A stretch of 60,299 bases of DNA, counting the filler, from Basidioascus undulatus (Eukaryota): the NCBI GenBank assembly GCA_000826855.1. It is 6 parts of 6 records of this genome, joined end to end, with 100 filler letters (N's around TTAATTAATTAA, not from the genome) between each part and the next. Parts side by side here need not be neighbours in the genome. Positions count along the whole stretch, not along the records: positions 1 to 9,998 come from JTLS01001190.1; 5 more parts are not named here. One strand, given 5' to 3'. Each line of letters begins with the position of its first letter. The first letter of the stretch is position 1. Below are positions 1 to 10,098 of the stretch, in pieces. Below the pieces are notes generated by a model, which was given only the letters and a program-made list of their open reading frames with translations, was not told where the DNA came from and searched no databases. The position numbers and the translations under genes are program-made.

Positions 1-170
1 CTCGAACGGGTTCGGCTCGACTGTGCCGCCCGACACGGAGGAACGGCGGCGGACGAGGAGGGCGGGAAGACGGGCTGGCTCTGAGTTTGGGTCTGGGTCT
101 GCTGGGTCGCCTCGAGAAAGGACTCGTCCTCCTGCGAGTATGAGGGCAGATAGGGCGCGGGGGCGGGCAT
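1..170 (-). CDS. N-terminus of an SQ/TQ-cluster protein, possibly a Chk2/Cds1-like checkpoint protein; truncated by the window start
   Basis: ATG at 170 reads MPAPAPYLPSYSQEDESFLEATQQTQTQTQSQPVF, a dense SQ/TQ cluster. No FHA or kinase domain is visible in the window. Confidence 0.4.
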   Translation of the reverse strand, partial: MPAPAPYLPSYSQEDESFLEATQQTQTQTQSQPVFPPSSSAAVPPCRAAQSSRTRS

Positions 171-1120
171 GGCTAGCTGGTGGGATAATGGAGGGAGGAG
201 GAGAGGAGGGGCGAGGGAGCGGGCAGGATATGGAGGCGGAGTCGGGGATGGCCCGTGGAAGTCAAGCGTTAAGCCGGGTTATGGAATCCAGCCGGGGATG
301 TTGTCCGCCACTTGTACGCCTACGAAGGATTGTCCAAGGCCAGAGAAAAGCAAGGTCGGTGGGTGAGAGAGGAAGAGAGCGAGAAAGCAAGAGCCAGGAG
401 TCTGACGTTTCAATATCGACGCGTCGGCCATCAGCACGCGTCCTCCTGCAGCGGGCCCCGCGTGGCCCGCGTCTTAGGCTTTATTAGTCTTTGTCTATCG
501 GCTTTACCTACAGGTTTACCACTTGGCACCCAACTACAGTGCACTACTCAATTGTTCCTGCGGTATCTAGCTGCAGGCCTCAATCGACTGAATCTCTCCA
601 ATTTTTGGAGGTGCAATTGATGACCTTGCGGTGATTGATTGGGAGAGCGCGCCCACTGGTGTATGTAGTGGACGAAAGCGACTGTGAGCGCTTACATAAA
701 TGGCTGAACAGAGACACCAGAAAAGAGAGCTGGTGGTATTTCGCTCTATTCTAACATACGGTGGATGGAAAATCTGGAGGAATGTCTGGCGGACCCTGGA
801 TACAGCGGCAGGAGCGAGAGCTGGATCTCCGTGCTCCGTGCCGCCACCGCCGAGCGCAGGACCGATTCGCTGGACACCCAGCCATGCTTCCAAATGTCTC
901 TGATTCCAGCCAAGTACTTTTCATGAGCGCGATTGAGACCATTCCCCGTGCGCCTCCATCCACTTCTCTATCACGGAAACGGACCTCCCCTTGGAGACAC
1001 TCAGGCGCAGGCTGGCAGCAGGCCGGTCAATGCTGGGATTTGGAGGAAACATGATGACTGGTTGGATTGATGCTGGAGACCAGCAGGCAAGCAAGGTAGA
1101 GAAGCTTCAGGTTGCTGAGC

Positions 1121-2472
1121 ATGGCTTCAGGCGGGAGTGTACTCCGTTGCCAGCTCTCATGTGCGCTCTTCACAGACAGAGCAGAAATGTAGCTCCATGC
1201 TCCGCCCGCCGATGGACCATCAACTGGCGAGCCGCAGCCGATCGATATCCCCCCCAACGTGTTCTTCGGTATCCTCATCGGCGTCTTCGCTAAGTCGACT
1301 CCAGTTCTACCTTTCTCCACACAACTTACGGGTAATGGACTCCTACCTGTCGTACCTTTTTAGCTTTCCTTCTCGTCTTGTTCGTGCTCAGTGGCCCGCT
1401 CACCTCGACGCTCGTGCGCTGGCGCGCCCACTACTGTCCGAAGACTCGCGTCGCACTCGCCCTTGAGGACGAGGCCCTTCTCGAGGGCGAGGCGGTGGGT
1501 GAAGCCGAGGGCGTCCGCTCGTTCTGGAGCATGTTCAACCATGTCAGGCGGACGGAGGGCTGGGGCGCCTTGTGGAAGGGTTTGCTTTTTTTTTCTTGTT
1601 CCTTCCACAAGAGATGATACTAATAACGGCGAGGGTAAGGCATGCTTCCGTCGCTCGGTGCCTTCGCGCTCCTCAGCGTCATTGCGGGCATTGTCTCCCG
1701 TCTGCTCGCCCCCGTGCTTGCCATGCTCAACCCAAGCGTTTCTACTGCGCTTGGGGAGGTCGCCGCGGCCTACGGGCTTCTTCCTATCTCGATTGCCATC
1801 AGCCGCTACATCGTTCACCCTAGTATGTTCGTCTGACTACACACACTCCTTTCAGAGCTTCTGAGGCTTACTGTCAGTACTCTGCGCTGCTAAACAGTTC
1901 GTCTCCCGCTCACCCGCCCGTGGGTTAACTTCCGCCGGCTCGTGCCGTCGATCCTCGAGGCACTCTCCATCCCCATTCTGACCGTCGTTGGCGCCCTCGT
2001 CCTTCCGACCGTGGTCATCGCGCCGTTGCTCAAGCTCATCGGGAGCCCTTGGGCTTCCGCCGGCTTCCTGCTGTGCCTTACCCCGGTCATCAACGCTCTC
2101 GAGTACGTTCACGCTCACATCACGCTTCAACAAAACGTAGCTCACGACGCTTGTCAGGGTCGTCATGGTTCGTCTTAAGGTGCAAGGGTGGTCGCCGGCG
2201 GAAGCCGCTAGCAAAGGGTCACAACCTGCCCCTGGCGCTGTCATTCGCGACAGCACCGTTGTTCTTCGAGAGGCCAGGTACAACGGTATCGTCGATGCGC
2301 TCAAGATCATGAAAGAGTACGTCTCAATATCCTATCTTTCCTGACATAAACCTTCCTAGGTTCTCATGCCGTATCCGTCCATAGGGAGGAGGGCGTCGGC
2401 GCTCTGATGCGCGGCTGGCCCTTTACCTTGCTTACTACTCTCGGTCTCGGAGGAGCGGGCTTCGCGAAGTAG
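1121..2472 (+). CDS. Divergent mitochondrial carrier (SLC25)-like membrane protein, multi-exon
   Basis: Spliced pieces read GPLTSTLVRWRAHY, RRTEGWGALWKG, PVINALEVVMVRLKVQ and YNGIVDALKIMKEEEGVGALMRGWP. These resemble the carrier motifs Px[DE]xx[KR]x[RK] and [DE]Gxxxx[WFY][KR]G. Stop TAG at 2470-2472; the 5' exons are uncertain. Confidence 0.65.
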
Positions 2473-2847
2473 GCGCCTCCGGGCTTTATTATCGTTGGGC
2501 ACCGGCCGGACCTGCACCGCTACCGCCTAGTCTATGCCCCATTTGCACCTTTATCCAGACTGCTTACGGACAATATCACGTACTTCTCGTGTCCCGATCG
2601 TTCTCTTTGTCGGACATCCTCTGGTGACACTGGCATAGTCCCTTGTGCATTTAAAGAGTGCTGCGTGCCCAACGCTTATTGGAGTCGTAAACAGAATAAA
2701 TTGACCGCGGGGACCGAATAAGATAAGGGATAGCAGATACAACATGTCCAGCGAGCTGCGGAATAGAGAGGATGGGAAGAACGGGTATACAGTCGTACAA
2801 GGCTCATTAAGAAAGAGGGAGAAAAGGAATCGAAAGGAATGTGTGAA

Positions 2848-4752
2848 TCAGACAACGTCCCCCAGCGTCGCAAACTCGGACGCGTAAGGGTATGACGTCG
2901 TCGACTGCGACTGCTCAACCATCACGTGCTGCTGCAGCTGAGGTTGAACGAGAGCACTAGCTAGAGCTGACGACGGGCGGCGCACGTCCGGCTTGTGTGC
3001 ACCGTAGTCCAAGCTCGACGGCGGATGCGCGAACGCCGTGCCGATGGGCGAGTGCAGCGCGGCAGCTTGCGCAGCCTCGAAAGGCGCCGGAGCCACAGCG
3101 TACGAGTAGGCCGCCATGTGCTCATCGACCGAAGGGGAGCGGGGCGCAAGCCAGTACTGTTGCGGCTGCTGCCAGTCGGACTGCGGCGGGTAGGTCGACG
3201 GCGACGAGTAGGATCGCTGCAGCGGCGGCGCCGACGCCGGCGGCTGCAGGTGGTACTCGGACGGAGGGGCGTAGGACGGGTATGTCGCAGACGTTGGAGG
3301 ATTGTAGTGGTAGGGTGATGCTGAAAGAGGCAGCGGCGAAGGACGCGGGCGCTTGGAGGCCGTAGAGGAGGATGGATATGCAGATGTGTAAATCGGCGAA
3401 GGGCGCTTCCGCGGCACTGTCGACGCGGCGGCTGTGGGCGTCGTAGCGTTGTTTATTGTGGGCGTCGTCGCGCTTGACGATTCGGGCGCCGTAATGGTAG
3501 AGGCGGTGGTGCCAGTGAGAGGTGGGCAGTCAGGGTGCGTCGGGACGACAATAGGAGTAGCGTCTTGGAGGATGGGCGAGGAGATCAGCATGCGCAAAAG
3601 GTGCACTAGCACAGAAGCGTACCGTTATGTCTGCCTTCGATGCGGCGGCGCTCCTCCTCCCTCGACACGCGGTAGATCTCCCGCAGGAGCTCGGCCTTGT
3701 CGGCGGCGATAAGGTGGCCTTCTTCGGCGGTCGAGAGCTCGAGCCGGATCGCCGGAGCGGATGGGTGCCGGATGATGGTGGTGAGAAGCTGAATGCGCTC
3801 TGAAAATACCCAAGAAATACGCCGTTAGCCTCAGCCGTTTGGAACACATGGTAGCGGACATACCAGGCTTCATCAGATGGTCGGGTTCGCGATGACGAAC
3901 GTCCGCCGGCCACCAGCTCGGCTTGCCCTCCTCGCCCTTGTTGTACGGGAAGTTGGTTTGCTTCTTGGGCTCGATAACCTAAAGAGGCGAGCCTTTGAGT
4001 ACGCAGTCGCAACGAGCGTGAACGCGACGACACACCTTGATCCAGCACTTGGCAATCAGCTTGCACAAATGTTGCTGCAGGGCGCAGAAGCGAGCGGCAT
4101 AGTACTTGTCCAGTTCGTCGGGGTGAATGGTGACGGTGGCGGCAGACGTGCTCTTGAGCGGCGACGGCGACGGCGCAGACGACGACGTAGCGCTGAGTCC
4201 GGGTGATGGTGGTAGCTGAGCGTGCGAGGGCGATTCGTCGTCGGAAAGGGAAGAGTCGTCGTCGGAAAGGGTCTCGTCGAGTGACTTGCCGGGGAAGGAG
4301 GGGGAGGTAGGCGTGAGTATGGAAGCGGAAAAAGACTGCAAACGTTCGAAGGGAGCGATGATCAGCCGTCGACCTGTCCAAAGCAAGGACTGGAAGGGAC
4401 GCACATCAGACTCATCCTTGACAGAGACCCCCTTCTTCCTCCGACGCTTGTTCTCGCGCTCGACCTCCTCCTCCATCGCGACGCCCTTCTTCTCCGCGGC
4501 CACGCGAGCCATCTCGCGCGCCTGGCCCATCATACTCTCGCCGAACCACTCGGTGAGACCGCTTTGGAGGCCCTCGCTTGCGTAGGTCTCGACTTCGCCG
4601 CGGGCAGAAACCCAAAGGATGGCGAATTGGGAGCCGTTGATGAAAGACGACTTTCCGAGAAGGCGGAGGACCTGGTCACGCTTCGATTTGAAGTGTCGGT
4701 TTTGGAGCGAGGGAGTCGTGTAGGGCGTGACACGCGCCGGGATGCGGGGCAT
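2848..4752 (-). CDS. DUF2841 (YDR124W-like) protein with a MADS-box-like N-terminal segment; putative transcription factor
   Basis: Spliced [62 protein letters not shown] matches the DUF2841 signature. It has a long Pro/Ser/Gln-rich C-terminus. ATG at 4752 (MPRIPARV), TGA at 2848. Confidence 0.8.
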
Positions 4753-5739
4753 GGTCGGGGTTGGAGCGGGAAACCGGGGAGGAGAGGCCGAGGGTGATGG
4801 CGATAGTGCTCGATGAGCGGGTTGAATGAAAGTTGGTTGAAACGAAGGTGAGGAGCGGCTGCTGGTGCGAAGGAGTGTGTGGTGTCGGACGGCAAAGCGA
4901 AATGAGCGACTGGGATTCGGCGCAGAGCCGTGCTGAAAGAAAGAAAGAAACGGTCTGGAAAGAGTCTGAGGAAGATGATGGGAAGAGCGAGAGACTGGAA
5001 CGAGGCAGAAGTTGGAGTTGCGTGTACCCGGGTCGCGGCGTCGTGGCTTGCGATCTCCGGATGTGCCAGCTGCGTGCGTGCCTGCTGCAAAGGGGCAGCA
5101 AGACGCGGAATAGGGTCGATATGGATCTCGAGGCATCATTAGTATGCTGGGCACAGCAACTGACAGCGGGCGCGGACGAGCATGAGAGTTGGGAGAGGAA
5201 GTCACGCACGCCCGCGCCGGTTGACATCACATTCTGCAGCGGCGATTATCCTACAGACGCGCCGACATTACTGAGCTGCAACGCTCGTCTGCTTTCATTA
5301 CGGCCACCGCATATTCATTTACTTGCATACCAGTTGCTTCTATAGCAGTGAAGAATGCCCAAGTGCAGCATTGGCCATCCTAGAGAGCAGTTCTCGGTTG
5401 AGAAGAGTGTGCCTCGAGAGAGGAAGCGGAGCAACGGTTGACGGAGCAAGTTCGCAGGTGGCTGGCCAGGCATTCAGCCAACGTGCCAACGGAATTTCTG
5501 GCAACCTGCCTTTCCTTTTTATTACACATTTTGCCTGAAAGGGCGTCGTCGTCGTAAGCACAGTATTACGCGCCTGCTGTACGAAGCGTTGTAGCGAAGG
5601 CAAATCAAGATGATTTGAAGACTTGAGCAAGGATACCAAATTCGCGAATGCTGCTCGGTCGGCCCCACGGCCGGGAGCAAACAGCGGCGCGTCGCCAACG
5701 CGACTCGCCCCCCTTCTCCAGCTCACCACCCACGCTACC

Positions 5740-6109
5740 ATGTCCTCATCTCGAGCTCCTTCCCGCGCAGCTTCCAGCGCTTCGCTCCGCACAGTGGCCG
5801 AGCAACGGGCGCAGTCGGCCCGGGAGACCATGGAGGGTACGGCTGATGCAAGCTGGGTTTACCGTATGAGTGCGCTAATCAGCACGGCGCGATAGTCTTG
5901 TACGAGGTCTCGCAGCTGCTCAATACCGGCTTGACAAGGGAAGTTCTGGCAACATGCGTCGAGATGGTAGAAGATGGTGCAAATCCTGAGGGTCTGGCGG
6001 TACGTGACTTACCTGCAGACGTGCTGCACATTCACATCTGACCTTACTGCGATAGGCAGTCGTGCAGGAGTTGAGGAAAGAGGCGAGGGAAGCGGGAATA
6101 AGTCGCTAG
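5740..6109 (+). CDS. MZT1: Mitotic-spindle organizing protein 1 (MOZART1), 3 exons
   Basis: Splices to ...ARETMEVLYEVSQLLNTGLTREVLATCVEMVEDGANPEGLAAVVQELRKEAREAGISR*, which matches the MOZART1 consensus (LLNTGL...L..CV...E.G.NPE.LA.VI.ELR). The ORF track misses it. Confidence 0.93.
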
Positions 6110-6707
6110 TAGTTCGTGGTCGACGGCCGTGTGGTGTGTTGCTGTGTGCGCCTGATGCAGAACAGCGCTGTGGACGTCGGCTACCTACTGCTGTGTGTAT
6201 TGCGTTTGCATGAGAAGCTTGAGTTGGCTCGAGTTCAAACTGCCTCCGCTGACTTCTACAAGCATTCGGCATCGTGGCCTGCCGTTCGAAGGTCGCTCGG
6301 CTTCTCTGAAGGGGTGAGATCTTGGTCAGGGGTAGCTTCAAATGCTAGTGCGGTACGATGCGGTACGTGCGCGCTTATGGTTCGTTAGCAGCCCGACGAT
6401 CTCCATATTCCTCTGCATTACTCGGCAAGTGTTTCGACATTGCGCCAAGTGCAGTAGCGTGCACCCTGGCGCGCTGCCCTGGGCCCCGACCATGCATGCG
6501 TCCGTCCGTCTATTCCGCGATTGAGCCTCGTGCCTCTTTTCAACAGCCCCTGTACCTCGTTGGAAACCGCTTTTACTCTCTTCGCGATCCTCAACCGCTC
6601 CATTCGACACTCGTTACACACCGACGCTCTTTCGATTCACACTCGCTTCACGTACACCCCTCAGTTCCCTTGCACTCCCTGGCATCTCCTTGCGGACTCG
6701 TCGCACA

Positions 6708-8830
6708 ATGCACGGGATTGCAGCTGCCCTTGCGGTCGCTGGCCTCGCCGGTACCGCTTTCGCTCACGGCTTCGTTTCTGAGGTTTGGGTCGGTAACAGT
6801 GCGTCGCATGGACATTCCGATCTGCCCCTTGATAGCAGCTGATCACGGGGATTCGATCAACAGCTTGGTACCCGGGAAGCAACGTAGGATTAAATAACGA
6901 TTCAAACCCGGAAGGCATGTTCATGGCCTCCTTCGTCCACAGTACGGCAACTACCAGCAAGGATCGCCCGTTCGTCCTCCGCCCGCGGACCTCAGTTGTA
7001 AGAGAAATGACGCGTTGGCAGAAGAGAACGAGCTTGACGCTGGTTACAGACGTGCCCTTCTGGAACGCCTATGATGGTTCTGCGTAGGTTCACTCTTATA
7101 ACGTTTTCGTGTGCGTTTCTGACCTTCCCTGTCACGTAGCGGCATTGCTTGCGGTTGGAATGGTACGCTGCACTCTCCGCTACACTGCTCACGCCGTCTT
7201 CAGCACTCATGGGCGAACTTGCATTACATTGTAGGGGTCGACCCTGTGCCGTTTTCTGCTCCTGTAAGTAAGTTTCTGGTCCAGAGCGTCCACCGGTGCT
7301 CCAATCTCATTGGATTTGGCCGCGCAGATTGTTGCCGGAGAGAGTGTGAAGGTTCGCTGGCACGGCGACCGCGGCTGGCCCGGTACCGCTCAAGACTTAT
7401 GGGGGTAAGCATTGCGAATAAATTGGTCTACCATTTTCGCATTGTCAACTAAGAGTCTGATCCTTCACAGCCACTACGAAGGTACACCATCTTCGCTCGC
7501 CTTCTGCTGTTCCATCTGACTTCATACCTGCACTACAGGCCCAATCATTGACTAGTATGCCACTTCCGTCCGCTCATACCTTGTATCGCTTATTTCGCTG
7601 ATCACTTTCGTATCTCCACAGCCTCATGCGGTGCGATGGCCCGTGTGAGCAGTGGAGCAGTGTGCGTAGGGATTAGCTTGCACGCCGCCTGAAACTGACG
7701 ACGTAGCCGCGGGTAGAACAATCCAAATGCCCGCGTCTTCAAGATTGCCGAAGCTGGCCTGTAAGCTTTGAGGCCTCATCACTGCTTTATTTGCTGATAT
7801 GTTGCTTGTCTTTCCAGCGACACCAGCAAGCCGAGGCCTGACCAGGCTTTCTGGCCCACTCGGCCTTTTGGTCAAGGCATGTGGGCACAGGACAAGATGT
7901 CTCGCGAGCAGGCTTCCTGGTGGGAGATCAAGGTATACAATAATCAAGCACTATTTTGTGTTTATAACTGCTGACCATTGAACCACCGCAGATCCCTGAA
8001 TGGGTTGCCCCTGGTGATGTCAGTCTTTCCTCTTATTATACACCGGTCTAATACTGACTCACAAAATTTTCGAAGTACATTCTGAGGTCTGTACTTTAGT
8101 TGTTATCAAGGGGAAGAAGACTGCTGACCCCAGAGAGTAGGCATGAGCTCATCTCACTCCAGACCGCTAATGCGTGAGTAGTGATACATGGCTGCCTTAA
8201 TCAGCTTGCTAATAATCACAAATAGGCCCAATGGCAACGCCCACACTTGGCCTGGTGGTGCTCAGGTCAGCTGCAGAGTTAATTGGGCATGAGTGTTAAT
8301 GCTGATCTTGAAATGCACGGGCAGCCTTACCCAGTCTGCATCCGTCTGTCAATTTTTTTTTACCTCTTCGCACCTTGCTGTACTTACTTTGTTTTCACAA
8401 ACAGAGCTTAAGATATATGGAAATGGCAATGTCTACCCACCTGAGACTCCTGTCCGCCAGCTTTACACTGCGTACGTGCAGACTTTGCAACCCTCGGGAA
8501 CAAGGAATTGACTTCAAGTTGTGTTTTCAGACTGGACCTTAATGTCAACGTATGGTGCATTTATGACTTGAAAACTTATGTAGAAACTGATCATTTGGAC
8601 ATCTAGATTTATGACGGGATTGACGGAATTGGTATGTCCCTGCTTGCCTACCTTATTCCTTTCCACCTTCTCACTATCTTGCCTGCAGTGTCCTACAAGA
8701 TCCCTGGTCCCCCTGGTGTGTTCTGATTTTGAGTCTACTTAAGGTATTGCTGACTTTGTGTGCAGTGTTCACTCCCAAGTGGAAGCGTCATGTTCGCAGG
8801 GCTGAGCAACTTGGTCACCATACCGAGTGA
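6708..8830 (+). CDS. AA9 (GH61) lytic polysaccharide monooxygenase, secreted, ~22 exons
   Basis: Signal peptide MHGIAAALAVAGLAGTAFA is followed by HGFV (His1). Phase-consistent exons give GIACGWNG, IVAGESVKVRW, HYEGPIIDYLMRC, VFKIAEAGL, WAQDKM, IPEWVAPGDYILRHELISL, GAQPYPVCIQLKIYGNG, NIYDG and YKIPGPPVF. TGA at 8828-8830. Confidence 0.9.
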
Positions 8831-8879
8831 ACTCTCTGCTACACAGCCAACCTTTTCTATTGTTTTTGTGCCATGATTT

Positions 8880-9998
8880 CCCATTTTACCATCTTAGTCC
8901 TTCTGTCTTCTTCTGGCATACATTGCTGTTTGTTCTGCCTGTGAACCATATTTGTTTGCTGTTGCATATTGCTGGCTGAATTATAACATCAGTGAGAGGA
9001 ACACACTCTTCTCTTTCCCTTCCCCTTGTGCTTTGACAGAGCCTTTGCCTTGTCCTTCTCCAGCTTAGCCTTGTATTCAAAGATGACCTTACAACTGGCC
9101 TCATCCTTAAGCTCTTTGTCCTTGTCAAGGTCTCCTGCCAAGCTGAAGAGCTACAGTCAGCCTCCAACACTGCAATGCAGTGGTGGTGAACAGGGTGCAC
9201 TTGCAAGCACATGTTTTGCACTTTGGTGTGGGAGCTGGACATTATTGGTTTTATTGAGAAGAACACATTAGCCAATAGTGAGCTTGAGTTTTTCCATGAA
9301 ATGTATGGCAAGGTGAGAGGTGATTCAGGCAAGGACAAGGCAGTAGTACATGGGATGAGGGTAAAGGCATGGCAAGGACACACTGCAAGCATTCACAACC
9401 TTGGTGGTTCCCATGGCAAAGTTCCAGACAGAGGCACAGAGGTGTGCATGCTCAGACAAGCTTTGTGCCAAATGCTATAGTTGCAGCAGCCCAGGTAGTG
9501 CTTCTTTCTTGAGCACATGCATTGCTGCCTTGGCACGGTTGGTGGCAGCAAAACTCTTTGCAGTGGTCACCCTCCTGGCAGACAAGAGACAGGGACATGG
9601 TCATGTCAAGGTCAAGGTCCTTGTCACACTGGGACTTGACCATGGTGAGGAGTGGGCAGAACAACTCAGGGAGTTGTGTAAGGAGGATGGATGAGTGGAT
9701 GTCATTGGGGTATGAAGGCTGATGGTGGAGAGGCTGAGGGTGATCTTATGGAACTTGCAGAGATGCTCCTCTGTCAATCCACCCTTGTTGAGCCAGAGGT
9801 TGATAAGGCAGTGGATGAGGTGGACCTTGGTATGATGGGTATTTGGCTTGTGGTGCTTGAGGATTTTGTCCCATGCAGCCTTGATGTGTATAATGCTGGA
9901 GATGAGCATGACAAGGGGGTTGAGTGTGAGCAGACTCCCCTGCATCACACCCAAGGTCCTCCCAGCCACACCCCTGTTGCCACCCTTCCAGAACTTTC
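8880..9998 (-). mobile_element. Degenerate Ty1/copia-like LTR retrotransposon gag relic
   Basis: Minus-strand IKAAWDKILKHHKPNTHHTKVHLIHCLINLWLNKGGLTEEHLCKF resembles the copia gag (UBN2-like) AW..L...L..L....G....H...F pattern. Frames are broken and CpG is almost absent. Confidence 0.55.
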
Positions 9999-10098
9999 NN
10001 NNNNNNNNNNNNNNNNNNNNNNNNNNNNNNNNNNNNNNNNNNTTAATTAATTAANNNNNNNNNNNNNNNNNNNNNNNNNNNNNNNNNNNNNNNNNNNN
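9999..10098. other. Artificial contig spacer
   Basis: N44-TTAATTAATTAA-N44, with stops in all six frames. Confidence 0.99.
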
